Shown: positions 19,631 to 30,823, counted from the first letter of the stretch. The stretch is 64,000 bases of DNA from Candidatus Kuenenia stuttgartensis (GCA_945891385.1 CAMDDJ010000005.1:5819-69818), one strand, 5' to 3'. Numbers and translations: made by a program. The notes: generated by a model from the letters alone, not told the origin.

Positions 19631-21661
19631 TCAGTGGCCAGGGTGATACCACTCGCCTCGCAGCCAGTCGACGACGAGGCCAATCTGTTCCGGGGTGAGC
19701 AGCGGCATGCTCCCCTCGGCCGCTCGGCCGAAGCTCGGCATGCGGTCGTTGGAGTCGCCGTAGAACCGCTCGTGGGTCGGGTCGGTGATGAGCCCCACGA
19801 GCCACTCGCGGCTGCCCCAGCCGGTCAGATCGCAGGCGGTGCCGAGGTCGGTGCCGTTGTCGCGAAACCGGTGGCAGGCACCGCACCGCTCGTCGCTGGC
19901 CACGAGTTCGCGGCCGCGGGCGAGCAGGTCGGCCGAGGCCGTTGCATCGCCCCGCTCCGCCTCCGCCGCCATCGCCTCGATGACTGCCTCGATGTCGGCC
20001 GGCTTCCAGGTGTCATGATCCTGGAGGTCGCCCTGCACAAAACCCACCATGTCGCCGTCCTTGTGGGCGGTGTTGCCGAAGTAGGCCGGCCCTGCCACCT
20101 GATCCGGGTTGAGCAGGCCCTGCATCCAGGCCGCCGTTCCGAAGCCGTGCAGATTGGCCGCCGATGCCTTGGCCAGCACGGTCGCCGCGTCGGGGCTCGT
20201 GGGATCGACATGGGCATGGCAGCTGCCGCAATGCTGGGCGAAGAGCCTGGGCCCCTGACTGGCCGGATCCCGCCGGACCAATTCCAACGCGCCGCCTGGA
20301 GGAATCCGCTCGGGCCGGCCGGCCAACTCCACCGCCCGCTCGGCGTCGGCTTGGGCCATCTTCACCGCCGCCAGAAAGGCCTCGCTGCGGCGGAGCTTCT
20401 CGACCGCGGGAAACTGCCGGGCGATCGCCGCGGCCTTGGTCGCATCGCCACCAACGGCCGCCAGCAGCTTCTGCTCGTCGCCGCCGGTCGCTTCGAAGAG
20501 CGACGCCGCCTCGGCGAGCTTCGTCCGGTCGGCCCAGAGAGCGTAGTAGTCTTCGTTCAAGGCCAGGCCCGTCAGCAGGGCCACACCCGCGAGCAGCCCA
20601 AGCGTGAAGGCGATGTTGAACCGATGGCCGAGCTGCCAGCGGCCAACGATCGGCATCAGGAACATCACGCCCATGATCAGGCCCGGCACCACGATCGCCC
20701 CGAGAAACTCCCCCGTCGCCCCCCAGCCCTCGAACACCTTGAGAAACTGGAACAGAAACAGGAAGTACCACTCCGGCCGGGCGGCGGCGTAGGGCTGCGA
20801 TGGATCGGCCGGAGCGCCGAGTTCCGCCCCCACGTTCCCCCAGTCGACGCTGCCGCCGGCGAGGATCGTGCGGATCGCCGGCACGAGGATCACGCCGAGC
20901 ACCACCGCCATCACGGCCAGCATCGCCACGGCGTCCTTGAGCACCTGGTCGGGCCAGAACATCGCGTCGGGCTTGGTAAGCGGCTGCTTCGCGCACAGGC
21001 CGTGCTTGCGGAAGAGCACGAGGTGCACCACCAGAAACAGCACGAGCGTGGCCGGCAGGAACCCGGCGTGGAGGGCGAAGAACCGGGTCAGCGTGTGGTG
21101 GCCGTAGTCGGGCCCGCCCACCACCAGCTGCTGGAGGGCAGGCCCGACCAGCGGCACGAGCCCGGCGAGGTTCGTGGCCACGCGGGTGGCCCAGTAACCC
21201 TTCTGATCCCAGGGCAGGAGATAGCCCGTCAGTGCCATCCCGAGCACGAGCATCATCAAGACGAGTCCGAGCCAGAAGTTGACCTCGCGAGGGGCGCGGT
21301 AGGCGCCGTCGATCACCACCTGCAGGAGATGCAGCGCGAGCAGCACCACCATCGCCTGGGCCATGAAGTGGTGGATGCCCCGCAAGAGCCAGCCCCCGGC
21401 CATTTCGTGCTGGATGTACCAGACGCTCTCCCAGGCCGTTTGGCCGCTCGCCGAATAGCTGGCCCAGAGGAAGAGCCCGGTGATCACCTGCGTGAGAAAG
21501 GCGAACACGAGCGTGCTTCCCCAGACATACCGCCAGCGGGCCCCGCCCGGCACCCGCTCGTAGAGCGCCTCGTGGAGGGCCGCCCGCCAGCCCGTGCGGT
21601 CGTCGAGAAAGTCTCCGAGTCGCGCGACGAGCCCGCGCCGGTTGCTGGCGGCTCCGCTCAT
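19631..21661 (-). CDS. cytochrome b (bc-complex) fused to a C-terminal di-haem cytochrome c domain
   Basis: Cytochrome b core (RGIHHFMAQAMVV, PWDQKGYWAT, WYFLFLFQ) is followed by CGSCH and CGACH motifs. The ATG at 21659-21661 overlaps the Rieske stop as ATGA. Confidence 0.85.
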   Translation of the reverse strand: MSGAASNRRGLVARLGDFLDDRTGWRAALHEALYERVPGGARWRYVWGSTLVFAFLTQVITGLFLWASYSASGQTAWESVWYIQHEMAGGWLLRGIHHFMAQAMVVLLALHLLQVVIDGAYRAPREVNFWLGLVLMMLVLGMALTGYLLPWDQKGYWATRVATNLAGLVPLVGPALQQLVVGGPDYGHHTLTRFFALHAGFLPATLVLFLVVHLVLFRKHGLCAKQPLTKPDAMFWPDQVLKDAVAMLAVMAVVLGVILVPAIRTILAGGSVDWGNVGAELGAPADPSQPYAAARPEWYFLFLFQFLKVFEGWGATGEFLGAIVVPGLIMGVMFLMPIVGRWQLGHRFNIAFTLGLLAGVALLTGLALNEDYYALWADRTKLAEAASLFEATGGDEQKLLAAVGGDATKAAAIARQFPAVEKLRRSEAFLAAVKMAQADAERAVELAGRPERIPPGGALELVRRDPASQGPRLFAQHCGSCHAHVDPTSPDAATVLAKASAANLHGFGTAAWMQGLLNPDQVAGPAYFGNTAHKDGDMVGFVQGDLQDHDTWKPADIEAVIEAMAAEAERGDATASADLLARGRELVASDERCGACHRFRDNGTDLGTACDLTGWGSREWLVGLITDPTHERFYGDSNDRMPSFGRAAEGSMPLLTPEQIGLVVDWLRGEWYHPGH

Positions 21662-22218
21662 GTCCGCGCCTTCTTCTCGGCGATGCCGCTGTAGAAGTTC
21701 TCCCACTTCACGGCCACCTCGCCGTGAGGCCCCACCCGGCACTCGAGCGAATCCATCGTCCGCGGGCTCGGGCTTGGCTCCACGATCCCGCCGTCGAGCG
21801 TGAAGGTGCTGTTGTGGCAGGGACAGCGAAAGCAGCGGGCATTGCCTTCGAGTTCGACGAAGCAGCCGGCGTGGGGACAGGTGGCCGACAGGGCCTCGAC
21901 CTGCTGCGACCCCTTCTCCCGCCGGAGGTAGACCGCCCCGATCGGCTCCCGCGGAAAGCCCGTCCAGGCGTCGATCCGCTCGGCGACGACCGCGAACTGC
22001 CGCGGCACGCCGTCGTCGGGAATGGCAGAAAGTTCCGTGATCGGGAGAAAGGACGCCGCTGCTCCCTTTCGCCGCAGCGGGTCGAGAAACGACCACACCC
22101 CGACCGCCACCGGGGTGAGCGTGGCCAGGCCGCCGGCGGCCACCGCCGCCAGCTTCGCGAGGAAACCCCGCCGCGAATCCACCGCGGCCGCTGGCTGGGA
22201 ACCGTTCGGCTGCTGCAT
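21658..22218 (-). CDS. Rieske 2Fe-2S protein with Tat signal
   Basis: SRRGFL twin-arginine motif plus CPHAGC...CPCH cluster ligands. Confidence 0.88.
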   Translation of the reverse strand: MQQPNGSQPAAAVDSRRGFLAKLAAVAAGGLATLTPVAVGVWSFLDPLRRKGAAASFLPITELSAIPDDGVPRQFAVVAERIDAWTGFPREPIGAVYLRREKGSQQVEALSATCPHAGCFVELEGNARCFRCPCHNSTFTLDGGIVEPSPSPRTMDSLECRVGPHGEVAVKWENFYSGIAEKKART

Positions 22219-22257
22219 GGTGAACGCTCCTCCTGAAACCGCCCCGGCCGCCGTCGG

Positions 22258-23259
22258 TCAGGTGCCGGCGCGGGCCAGCCAGGCCTGATCCACCGCCGCC
22301 ACCACCCGCTCATGGGCAACTTCGAACGGGCCGTCGAGAATCGCGCCGGCCGCCGCCTTGTGTCCGCCGCCGCCGAAGGTGCCGGCGAGCGCACTACAGT
22401 CGACGGGCCCACGGCTGCGGAAACTTGTCTTGATGCGACCGTCGGGCTGCTCGATCAGGATCGCGGCGACTTCCGTTCCCTTGACCGTCAGCGTGAGATT
22501 GACAAGGTCTTCGGTGTCGGCGGGCAGCGCCCCCACCTCCTTGATGTCGGCCTGACGGACCTGCGAATAGATCACACGGCCGTCGTGGGCCGTGGTCGCT
22601 CCGGCGATCGTCCGGCCCACGAGGTGGAGCCGGGCGAGCGTGTCCTGCTCGAAGAGCTCCCGGTAGATCGCCGGCGGGCTCGCCCCGGCATCGACCAGCC
22701 GGGCAGCCACACGGAAGCTCTCGCCGCTCACCGACGGGAAGCGAAAACCACCGGTGTCGGTCGAGAGTCCGGCATAGAGCGGCGTGGCGATCCGCTCGGT
22801 GAAGGGCACCCGCAGCCGCAGGCCGATCTCGTAGACGATCCGCGCCGTCGCCTCGGCGGAGGTGTCTTTAAACCACATGTCGGAGAGGTCGTCTTCGCTG
22901 ACGTGATGATCGATGACGACCACGTTGTGCCGCATCGACTTGGCCACGTCGCCCATCGCGCCGAGCTGGGCCCAGGCACTCGTGTCGAGCACGACGAACA
23001 GATCGCGGTCAGCGAGGTCGGCCGGCCGGACCTTCTCCTGAAGGGACTCGATCCTGCCCTCCGGGTCGATCCACTTCAGGTTCGGCGGCGTGGCCTGGGC
23101 GTTGACGATCCGCACGTCCTTGCCGAGCGCCTCGAGAATCCCGGCCAGGCCGAGTTCGCTGCCGAGGGCGTCGCAGTCGGGTCGCACATGGCTCGTGAGC
23201 ACGAACCGGTCGCGGTTTCTCAGCAGGTCGAGCAGGCTTGCCCAGTCGAGTCGCATCAC
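22258..23259 (-). CDS. DHH/DHHA1 phosphoesterase (NrnA-like oligoribonuclease/pAp phosphatase)
   Basis: HVRPDCDALGS, VIDHH and GGGH motifs. Confidence 0.8.
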   Translation of the reverse strand: MMRLDWASLLDLLRNRDRFVLTSHVRPDCDALGSELGLAGILEALGKDVRIVNAQATPPNLKWIDPEGRIESLQEKVRPADLADRDLFVVLDTSAWAQLGAMGDVAKSMRHNVVVIDHHVSEDDLSDMWFKDTSAEATARIVYEIGLRLRVPFTERIATPLYAGLSTDTGGFRFPSVSGESFRVAARLVDAGASPPAIYRELFEQDTLARLHLVGRTIAGATTAHDGRVIYSQVRQADIKEVGALPADTEDLVNLTLTVKGTEVAAILIEQPDGRIKTSFRSRGPVDCSALAGTFGGGGHKAAAGAILDGPFEVAHERVVAAVDQAWLARAGT

Positions 23260-24176
23260 ATCTCCCGTGCGGTGGTGGCGGCCGGCGAAGCCACCACGGC
23301 GGCGGCCCTGGCCACGTCCGCGGCCAGCTGTGTCTTCAGATCTTCGACCGAACTGAAGCGTCGAGTGTCGCGCAGCCGCGCGAGGAAGTCAACGTCGAGC
23401 ATGTGGCCGTAAAGGTCTCCCGCAAAGCCAATCAGATGGACTTCGACCGTCATGAGCGTCGAGTCGAAGGTGGCGGCGGAGCCCACATGGACGGCAGCAG
23501 GATGGGTGCGGCCCGCGACCACGGCCCGCGCCGCGTAGACGCCCGCGGCCGGCAAGAGCGTGGCGATCTCCGCGAGATTCGCGGTGGGAAACCCGAGGCC
23601 GGTGCCACGTCTCGCCCCGACCACCACTCTCCCAGTCGCCCGATGCGGAGCAGTTCCGAGGCTCGCGGCTTCCGCCACGTCGCCCGCCGCCACGAGCCGC
23701 CGCAGCCGCGAACTGGAGACGGGCTCTCCTCCGACCAGCACCGGCTCGACCACCTCGACCCGCGCGGTATCGGCCGCCGCGAGCCGCGCGAGCAGTTCGA
23801 CGTCGCCGGCGCGACCGGCACCAAACCGAAAATCCGGTCCTTCGACGATCGCGATGGCCGCCAGGCGGTCGCGGAGCACGAGCCCGTAGAATGCCGTGGC
23901 GTCGAGGCCGATCAGTGCCGCATCCGCGGGCTGCACCAGCACCGCGTCGAGCCCGAGCGCGAGCAGGAGTTCGGCCCGTCGGGCCGGCGTCGTGAGCGGC
24001 ACGGGCGCTGATTCCGGCCGCACGATCGCGGCGGGGTGCGGATCGAACGTGACCGCGACCGCCGGCACCCCGGCCTCGTCGGCCGCATGCCGCAGCCGCC
24101 GGGCGATCGCCGCATGCCCCAGGTGCACACCGTCGAAATTCCCGACAGCCACGGCCGAGGCGGCCAGCGGCGGCAT
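23256..24176 (-). CDS. ribF: bifunctional riboflavin kinase / FMN adenylyltransferase
   Basis: GNFDGVHLGH, SSSRLR and GFPTAN motifs. Start taken at MPPLAAS (24176). Its stop overlaps the start of the downstream DHH gene. Confidence 0.88.
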   Translation of the reverse strand: MPPLAASAVAVGNFDGVHLGHAAIARRLRHAADEAGVPAVAVTFDPHPAAIVRPESAPVPLTTPARRAELLLALGLDAVLVQPADAALIGLDATAFYGLVLRDRLAAIAIVEGPDFRFGAGRAGDVELLARLAAADTARVEVVEPVLVGGEPVSSSRLRRLVAAGDVAEAASLGTAPHRATGRVVVGARRGTGLGFPTANLAEIATLLPAAGVYAARAVVAGRTHPAAVHVGSAATFDSTLMTVEVHLIGFAGDLYGHMLDVDFLARLRDTRRFSSVEDLKTQLAADVARAAAVVASPAATTAREM

Positions 24177-24304
24177 GCAGGCGGGCGACCCGAAGACGAG
24201 CGGGAGCGGAAGAGACAAGGGCTGGTGCTGCGGAGGACACGCGACGCGGACGGACAAAATCTTCCGTTGATCCGCAGCCACGATTGTAACCGATCGACGG
24301 TATC

Positions 24305-25942
24305 ATGGACCCACCCGCCGGGAAACAGTCCGTGGACCAACCGCACGAAGACCGCCAGATCTGGCTCTCCTCCGAAATGGCCAGCCGACTGGCTGCCATC
24401 GACATCGGATCCAACAGCGTGCGGCTGTTCGTGGCCGAGGCGATCCGCGGCGGCAACTACCGGATCCTCGACGAGGAGCGGGAGCCGACCCGGCTTGGCC
24501 GGAGCGTTTCGTCGCTCGGCCGGCTCGACGACGAGTCGATGGACAGGACCGTCGCTGCCCTGCGCACCTTCAAGGAGATCGCGGCCGGCTACCAGGTGAC
24601 GGCCCTGCGGACGATCGCCACCTGCGCGGTCCGCGAAGCCCGCAATGGGCCCGAATTCTGTCGCCGCGTCCGCGAACAGGTCGGCCTGGAGGTCGAGGTG
24701 ATCTCGGGCGACCGGGAGGCCCGGCTGGCCTTTTCCAGCGTTCAGCACGCCTTCGACCTGACCGGCCGCAACGTCGTCGTAGCCGACATCGGCGGCGGCA
24801 GCACGGAAATCGTGTTCACCACTGGGCAGCTGATCGAGTCGATCTTCTCGACGCCGCTCGGGGCCGTACGGCTCACCGAGCAGTTCGGGCTCGGCGAGGG
24901 AGTCGACGCGGCCGACATTCCGCAGCGGCTCGAGCGGCTCGACGAAGCGATCGCCGACTGCCTGAAGCGGGAGACCACCCGACCCCTCTTCGCCCCGCAC
25001 TTCCTCGTCGGCTGCGGCGGCACCTTCACCACGCTCGCCGAACTGGTGATGGCCGCCAAGCACGAGGTCGACATTCCCGTCGCCGGTTATCGCGTCTCCC
25101 ACGCCGAGGTTCGCCATCTCCTCGACCGCCTCCGGAAGATGCCGGTGCGAGCCCGCCGCAACCTCACCGGGATGACACCCGACCGGGCCGACATCATCGT
25201 GGCTGGTCTCTCGATCATCGATGCTCTGATGAAGCGGTTCCGCGTCAATCTGCTGGCGGTTCACACCCGCGGGGTGCGGGACGGGCTTGTTCGCGAGATG
25301 ATCGAGGAACTGCAGGGCGGACCGGCGGCGGGTGACACGGCCGCCCTTCGGGAGGCGGCGATCGAACGGCTCGCCGCCGCCTGCTCGGGCGAAATCGAAC
25401 ACGGCCGGCAGGTGGCCACGCTTGCCGGACGGATCTTCGAGCAGCTCGCCGATCCGCTCGATCTGCCGGCCGGCGACCGGCTCCTGCTCGAATGCGCCGC
25501 CCGGCTCCAAGACGTCGGCTACGTGATCAATTACGACCAGCACCACAAGCACAGCTACCACCTGATCCGCAACGCCCGGCTCCCCGGCCTCCGGGCTCAC
25601 GAGTTGGAGCTCATCGCCAACATTGCCCGGTACCACCGCGGCGCCCTGCCCAAGCGGAAGCACAAGAACCTGGCCCGGCTCTCCCTCGACGACCAGCAGC
25701 GGGTGCATCGACTGGCCGGCCTGCTCCGGCTCGCAGGTGGCCTCGACCGCAGCCGCACCCAGCAGGTGCGGGATGTCCGAGTGCAGATCATGGACGGGCG
25801 GGTCGTGCTCGACGTCATCGCCGACCAGGAACCCCAGGCCGACATCTGGGGCGCGCAGCGGCGGGTGGAACTGTTTGAGAAGGCATTTGACCGGTCCGTG
25901 GAGATCCGCTGGGCATCAGCGACCGCTGCCGCGGCAGGGTGA
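24305..25942 (+). CDS. ppx: exopolyphosphatase / pppGpp phosphohydrolase (Ppx/GppA) with HD-like C-domain
   Basis: AAIDIGSNSVRL and DIGGGSTE actin-fold motifs. Alternative start at 24377 (MASRLAAID). Confidence 0.85.
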   Translation: MDPPAGKQSVDQPHEDRQIWLSSEMASRLAAIDIGSNSVRLFVAEAIRGGNYRILDEEREPTRLGRSVSSLGRLDDESMDRTVAALRTFKEIAAGYQVTALRTIATCAVREARNGPEFCRRVREQVGLEVEVISGDREARLAFSSVQHAFDLTGRNVVVADIGGGSTEIVFTTGQLIESIFSTPLGAVRLTEQFGLGEGVDAADIPQRLERLDEAIADCLKRETTRPLFAPHFLVGCGGTFTTLAELVMAAKHEVDIPVAGYRVSHAEVRHLLDRLRKMPVRARRNLTGMTPDRADIIVAGLSIIDALMKRFRVNLLAVHTRGVRDGLVREMIEELQGGPAAGDTAALREAAIERLAAACSGEIEHGRQVATLAGRIFEQLADPLDLPAGDRLLLECAARLQDVGYVINYDQHHKHSYHLIRNARLPGLRAHELELIANIARYHRGALPKRKHKNLARLSLDDQQRVHRLAGLLRLAGGLDRSRTQQVRDVRVQIMDGRVVLDVIADQEPQADIWGAQRRVELFEKAFDRSVEIRWASATAAAAG

Positions 25943-26099
25943 TCCGGCGCGTGGCGGCATCGAAACGGAGCTCGCTACAACCGCTGCCACCCCCCTGGCC
26001 CCTCGCATTCGACCCGTCGGCGAAGTCGCAGGCTGGCTTCTGTCGATGACGACATACAGTTCTCAGCGCCCGCTCCCCTGCTCCTCTCCAAGGCCCGTC

Positions 26100-26450
26100 A
26101 TGCGCACCGCCCCGATTCGCCTCCGCAGCACCTTCTGCCTCGTGCTGCTGCTCGCGCTGGCCGCCTGTCTGCCGGCCGAGGCCGGCAGACGCCGCTGGGG
26201 AGGAGCCCGGTCGGCCGCATCACTCGGCGAACCACAGAATCAGGCCCCCTACCAGCCGGGCGCGAGCCCGTACGAAACGGCCCATGGCAGCCGGCCGAAG
26301 TACTTCGTGCCCCCGACGGTGCCCCGAACGCCCACCTGGAAGATGTACGGCACGCCCCCGGGGGTCGTCCCGGGAGACTGGCCCAGCTACGCTCCCCTTG
26401 GATTCGGCGGGTATCGCTTTCCCGCGGTGGGCAGCCAGGCCTACCGGTAG
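26100..26450 (+). CDS. small hypothetical secreted Pro/Gly/Tyr-rich protein
   Basis: 116 aa with a signal peptide (MRTAPIRLRSTFCLVLLLALAACLPAEA). No family recognised. Coding status is uncertain. Confidence 0.45.
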   Translation: MRTAPIRLRSTFCLVLLLALAACLPAEAGRRRWGGARSAASLGEPQNQAPYQPGASPYETAHGSRPKYFVPPTVPRTPTWKMYGTPPGVVPGDWPSYAPLGFGGYRFPAVGSQAYR

Positions 26451-26482
26451 TCACTCCGCCCGCCGGTCCGAGGGCCGCCGGG

Positions 26483-27553
26483 ATGGAGGATCTGCTCGCC
26501 GTCACCGAAGCCGGCCTGTATTGCGCTGCGGGTGATTTCTTCGTCGACCCCTGGCGACGGGTGCCGCGGGCCGTGATCACCCACGCCCATGCCGACCACG
26601 CCCGAACCGGCTGCGGCCGGTATCTCTGCGCTGCGGCCGGCAAGCCCGTCCTACGGATCCGGATGGGCTCGAATGCCGTGATCGACACCGTCCGCTACGG
26701 CGAACCGACCACGATCAATGGAGTGCGGGTGTCGCTCCACCCCGCCGGCCACGTGCTCGGATCCGCGCAGGTGCGACTGGAACACCGCGGGCAGACCTGG
26801 GTGGTCAGCGGCGACTACAAGCTCGAGGCCGATCCCACCTGCGCTGCCTTCGAGCCGGTGCCCTGCCACGTGTTCGTCACCGAGTCCACCTTCGGCCTGC
26901 CGGTCTACCGCTGGCCGGAGCCCGCCGTCGTGGCCGCGGAGATCAACGCCTGGTGGCGGGCCAATCGCGACGCCGGCCGCACGAGCGTGGTGCTGGCCTA
27001 CGCGCTGGGCAAGGCTCAGCGCATCGCCGCGCTCGTCGATCCGGAGATCGGCCCGATCGTAGGCCACGGCGCCGTCATGAAGCTCGTCGAGGCCTACCGG
27101 GCCAGCGGAGTCCGGCTGCCGTCGATCGACCGCGTGCCACCCCGGGCTCGCCGGGTCGGCGGCGGCCGGGCGCTCGTGATCGCGCCGCCGAGCGTGCTCG
27201 GGAGCCCGTGGCTGAAACTCTTCGGCGAGACGTCGGTGGCGGTGTGCTCCGGCTGGATGACGGTCCGCGGTGTCCGCCGCCGACGCAACGTGGAGAAGGG
27301 CTTCGTCGTCTCCGACCACGCCGACTTCCCCGGCCTCGTGGCCGCCATCGACGCCTCTCGGGCCGAACGGGTGCTCGTCACGCACGGCTTCGCCGACGTG
27401 CTGGCCCGGTATCTCCGCGAACGCGGCCGCGACGCCAAGCCGCTCGCGACCCGGTTCACCGGCGAGGCCCTGGGCGAGTCCGGCGACGACGACGAATCCA
27501 CGGCCGAGTACAACGGGGGCGAGCCGCCCGACACCCAGCCTGCCCCGCCATGA
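26483..27553 (+). CDS. ligase-associated DNA damage response exonuclease (MBL-fold)
   Basis: ITHAHADH metallo-beta-lactamase motif. The stop overlaps the ligase ATG (ATGA at 27550-27553). Its context with ligase/helicase/PdeM matches the TIGRFAMs 'ligase-associated DNA damage response' set. Confidence 0.8.
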   Translation: MEDLLAVTEAGLYCAAGDFFVDPWRRVPRAVITHAHADHARTGCGRYLCAAAGKPVLRIRMGSNAVIDTVRYGEPTTINGVRVSLHPAGHVLGSAQVRLEHRGQTWVVSGDYKLEADPTCAAFEPVPCHVFVTESTFGLPVYRWPEPAVVAAEINAWWRANRDAGRTSVVLAYALGKAQRIAALVDPEIGPIVGHGAVMKLVEAYRASGVRLPSIDRVPPRARRVGGGRALVIAPPSVLGSPWLKLFGETSVAVCSGWMTVRGVRRRRNVEKGFVVSDHADFPGLVAAIDASRAERVLVTHGFADVLARYLRERGRDAKPLATRFTGEALGESGDDDESTAEYNGGEPPDTQPAPP

Positions 27554-29202
27554 AGGCCTTCACCGATCTCTACTGGCGGCTCGACGCCAGCACGAAGACC
27601 ACCGACAAGCTGGCCGCCCTTCGCGACTATTTCGCGACTGCGGCCCCTGCCGACGCCGCCTGTGCGCTCGCGGTACTCACCGGCGGCCGCCAACTCCGGG
27701 CGGTCTCCACCGCGGACCTGCGGCGGTGGGCCGCCGAGGCCGCGGGCCTGCCCCTCTGGCTCGTAGAGGAATCGTACGCCCACGTCGGCGATCTGGCCGA
27801 GACGCTCGCGCTCCTGCTGCCCGAACCGAACGAGCCCTCTGAGCAGGCGAGCGACGGACACGGCCTGGCAGACGTGATGCGGGACACCGTGCTCGCGCTC
27901 CGCACAGCCGACGAGGGCTGCAAGCGGGAGGTCGTGACCACGACCTGGCAGCGGCTCGCGGCCCGCGAACGCATCGTCTGGCACAAGCTCGTGACCGGCG
28001 GCCTGCGCGTGGGCGTCTCCCGCACGCTCGTCGCGCGGGCCCTGGCCGATCTGGCCGGCGTGGAGCCCGCCGTGATGGCCCACCGGCTGATGGGTGAGGT
28101 CGCATCAGACGCAGCCAGCTTCCAACGGCTCCTGGAGCCTGTGACGGCGGCAGACGATCGGCGGCCCTATCCGTTTTTTCTTGCGTCGGCTCTCGAGCCC
28201 GCCCAACTGCCCGCGGTGGCCGCGGCCTTGGGCGCGGTCAGCGAGTGGCAGGCCGAATGGAAGTGGGACGGGATGCGGGCCCAGCTGGTCTGCCGCGGCG
28301 ATTCCGTCACGGCCTGGAGCCGGGGCGAGGAGCTCGTCAACGAAGCCTTTCCGGAGCTGGTGTCGGCGGCCGCAGCGCTGCCATCGGGCACGGTGCTCGA
28401 CGGGGAGATTCTGGCGGTCGAGCGGCCCGCCTCGGGGCCACCGCGGCTGCTGGGCTTCGCCGCCGTCTCGAAGCGTTCCGGTCGCCGGCGGGTGCCCCGC
28501 AAACTCCTCGCCGAGATCCCCTGCGTGTTCGTGGCCTACGACCTCTTGGAGGATGACGGCGAAGACATCCGGTCGCTTCCGCTGGAGGAACGCCGGCGGC
28601 GGCTGGAAACGATCGTGCCGCGGTGCTTCGCATCGGCCTTGGAGGGAGAACTGCCTCACGACGCCACGCTGTTTCATTCGCCGCTTGTGTCCGCCGACGC
28701 CTGGGAGACGCTCGCGGCCCGGCGGGCAGAGGCGCGGAGCCGCGGCGTCGAAGGCCTGATGCTCAAGCGTCTCACGAGCGGCTACGGCGTCGGTCGAACG
28801 CGGGGCGACTGGTGGAAGTGGAAGATCGAGCCGCTCGAAATCGACGCCGTCCTGCTCTACGCCCAGGCCGGGCACGGGCGGCGGGCAGGGCTCCATAGCG
28901 ACTACACGCTCGGCGTCTGGGACGGCGACCGGCTGGTGACGATCGCCAAGGCCTACTCGGGGCTGACCGACGCCGAGATCGTGGAACTCGATCGGATCGT
29001 GCGGGCCACCACGCTCGAGCGGCATGGACCGGTGCGGATCTGCGAGCCAACGGTCGTCCTCCAACTTGCCTTCGAGGGCGTGGCCGCCTCGGCCCGGCAC
29101 AAGTCCGGCGTGGCGCTGCGGTTTCCCCGGATCGTCCGCTGGCGGCGAGACAAACAACCGGCGGAGGCGGGGCAGCTCGCCGACCTGAAGCGGATGCTGT
29201 GA
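27550..29202 (+). CDS. ATP-dependent DNA ligase (ligase-associated damage response type)
   Basis: Adenylation motif I EWKWDGMR (KxDG), 550 aa, translationally coupled to the exonuclease gene. Confidence 0.85.
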   Translation: MKAFTDLYWRLDASTKTTDKLAALRDYFATAAPADAACALAVLTGGRQLRAVSTADLRRWAAEAAGLPLWLVEESYAHVGDLAETLALLLPEPNEPSEQASDGHGLADVMRDTVLALRTADEGCKREVVTTTWQRLAARERIVWHKLVTGGLRVGVSRTLVARALADLAGVEPAVMAHRLMGEVASDAASFQRLLEPVTAADDRRPYPFFLASALEPAQLPAVAAALGAVSEWQAEWKWDGMRAQLVCRGDSVTAWSRGEELVNEAFPELVSAAAALPSGTVLDGEILAVERPASGPPRLLGFAAVSKRSGRRRVPRKLLAEIPCVFVAYDLLEDDGEDIRSLPLEERRRRLETIVPRCFASALEGELPHDATLFHSPLVSADAWETLAARRAEARSRGVEGLMLKRLTSGYGVGRTRGDWWKWKIEPLEIDAVLLYAQAGHGRRAGLHSDYTLGVWDGDRLVTIAKAYSGLTDAEIVELDRIVRATTLERHGPVRICEPTVVLQLAFEGVAASARHKSGVALRFPRIVRWRRDKQPAEAGQLADLKRML

Positions 29203-29390
29203 CGGCCAACTGTTTGCCCAGATTCGCCGACCGGACCGGTCGCTGCGGACACCCTGGCGACGCTTGCCCAGCTTGCCCGGCCGCCTGGTGCGGTTCGAAC
29301 GATCGTGAATCGGGCTGCGGGAAGTGCCGAAAGAAAGGATGCGGGGAGGATTTCCTACGGAATCGATGGCAACGGCATGGGGGTGTGACG

Positions 29391-30629
29391 ATGGCACGCA
29401 GCGGATGGCGGATCGGTTCGTGGGCTGTGGTGATGGCAAGCCTCACGGCCGGCCTGGGAGCGGCGGCAGCCGTTGGTGATGAGGGGCTGCTTCTGGGCGA
29501 TGCGGCGAGCGTCATGACCGGCGACGACGTCGTGGTCGGTGAAGTGGCACCGAATACGTTCGTCCCGGATGAATCCTCGAGCCCCGGCATCCCGCTCGAG
29601 TCTCCCCCGCCGAACGGCTTCGCCACGGCAGGCCTGCCCGGCTGCACGGGGCCGGGCTGCACCGGCTCCGGCTCCGGCCTCGACGAGACCTACTGGCTGT
29701 TCGACGTCGTCTTCTTGCAGCGAGATAACCAATCGACCGATCAGATCCTCGCCGCCGTGAACGGCAATGCCCTGATCACGACCGGAGAGCCCCAGTTCAC
29801 CGTGCAGCCCGGCATTCGCCTGTTCCGTGGCAGCATCGACGACTGCGGCCGCGGCTGGGAGGTGGGCTACCTCGGCGTCTGGAACATGTTCGCCAATCTC
29901 TCGGAAGGCGGAGCCGCGAACATCACTGGCGGCGACCCGCTCTCGTTCGGCGTCGACGGCTTCAACGACCGCTCGCTGGCCCGGGCCACCTACCTCTCCT
30001 CGCTCAACACCGCCGAGGCCAATCTGCTCCTGAGAAGCTGCCACCGCGGCTTCTCGCGGGTCTCGGCCTATCCCTGGGAACGGTGCGGCAACTACCGGCG
30101 GGGCACCTTCGACTGGCTGGCCGGCTTCCGCTGGGCCGGACTCGACGAGGCGGCCGGCCTCGAGTTTTCCGGCGGCGGCTTCCCGGGTCGGCCCTTCCCC
30201 GGCCCGAGTTTCTACAACGTCCGCAGCACGACCAACTTCTTCGGCGCCCAGATCGGCGGCCGCGGCCGGATGGAGTGGGACCGGTGGGCGATCGACGGCT
30301 GGGCCAAGGCGGCGCTCGCCGGCACCGCGATGTCGCAGTCGGCCGATCCGATCGTGTCGGCGTTCAATCCGGCCGACCAACTCCGGCCGGCCCGCTCCGC
30401 CACCGAAGGAGGCGTGGGCTTCATCGGCGACATCAACCTCAATCTCTCGTATCGGATCAACGACGCCTGGCGGCTGCGAACGGGCTACAACTTCCTCTGG
30501 CTGACGGGCGTGGCCCTCGCCCCGAACCAGTTCGACTTCGGCGCGACCGACACCGCCGGCACGGGCCTGGCCGGCGGCGCCGGCGTGTTCCTCCACGGTG
30601 CGAACCTCGGCCTCGAGACGGCCTGGTAA
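29391..30629 (+). CDS. outer-membrane beta-barrel-like protein (BBP7-like)
   Basis: Signal peptide MARSGWRIGSWAVVMASLTAGLGAAAAVG, alternating-pattern C-terminal strands (LNLSYRINDAWRLRTGYNFLWL) and an aromatic C-terminus (ETAW). The family call is tentative. Confidence 0.6.
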   Translation: MARSGWRIGSWAVVMASLTAGLGAAAAVGDEGLLLGDAASVMTGDDVVVGEVAPNTFVPDESSSPGIPLESPPPNGFATAGLPGCTGPGCTGSGSGLDETYWLFDVVFLQRDNQSTDQILAAVNGNALITTGEPQFTVQPGIRLFRGSIDDCGRGWEVGYLGVWNMFANLSEGGAANITGGDPLSFGVDGFNDRSLARATYLSSLNTAEANLLLRSCHRGFSRVSAYPWERCGNYRRGTFDWLAGFRWAGLDEAAGLEFSGGGFPGRPFPGPSFYNVRSTTNFFGAQIGGRGRMEWDRWAIDGWAKAALAGTAMSQSADPIVSAFNPADQLRPARSATEGGVGFIGDINLNLSYRINDAWRLRTGYNFLWLTGVALAPNQFDFGATDTAGTGLAGGAGVFLHGANLGLETAW

Positions 30630-30706
30630 GACCGAGCGGATGTGGGCGGGCCGGTAAAGCGCATCTCCGATGGCTGTAGCGATTACTTGGCACACTGCGC
30701 AGGGGA

Positions 30707-30786
30707 AGCGAGGGGGCCGGCAAACGCTCGAGGAGCATAGGGGCGTATCCTCGCCCGCGACGAGACTTTTGCCGCCCCCGAGCCGG
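30707..30786 (+). repeat. ~81-bp inverted-repeat intergenic element, family 1, copy 1 (degenerate left arm)
   Basis: Matches the consensus AGGCTCGGGGGTCGGCGAACGCTCGCGGAGCATCGGGGCGTATCCTCGCCCGCGACGCGACTTTTGCCGCCCCCGAGCCGG. Confidence 0.7.
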
Positions 30787-30823
30787 TGGTGCACGTAACT
30801 CGAATGCGCGCTACGCTGACGGC

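Noticed and set aside
29285-29305. tRNA-like GGTTCGAAC T-loop motif
   Set aside because: The flanking bases do not form a T-stem, and no acceptor or anticodon arms can be drawn. I found no tRNA in the window.
29199-29390. Cys-rich 64-codon N-terminal extension of the barrel-protein ORF (CPAC-x13-CGKC, zinc-ribbon-like), with GTG overlapping the ligase stop
   Set aside because: It is in frame with, and not separated by a stop from, a protein that needs an N-terminal signal peptide, and that peptide begins at 29391. TGC codons arise easily in GC-rich non-coding DNA. It could still be checked by ribosome profiling.
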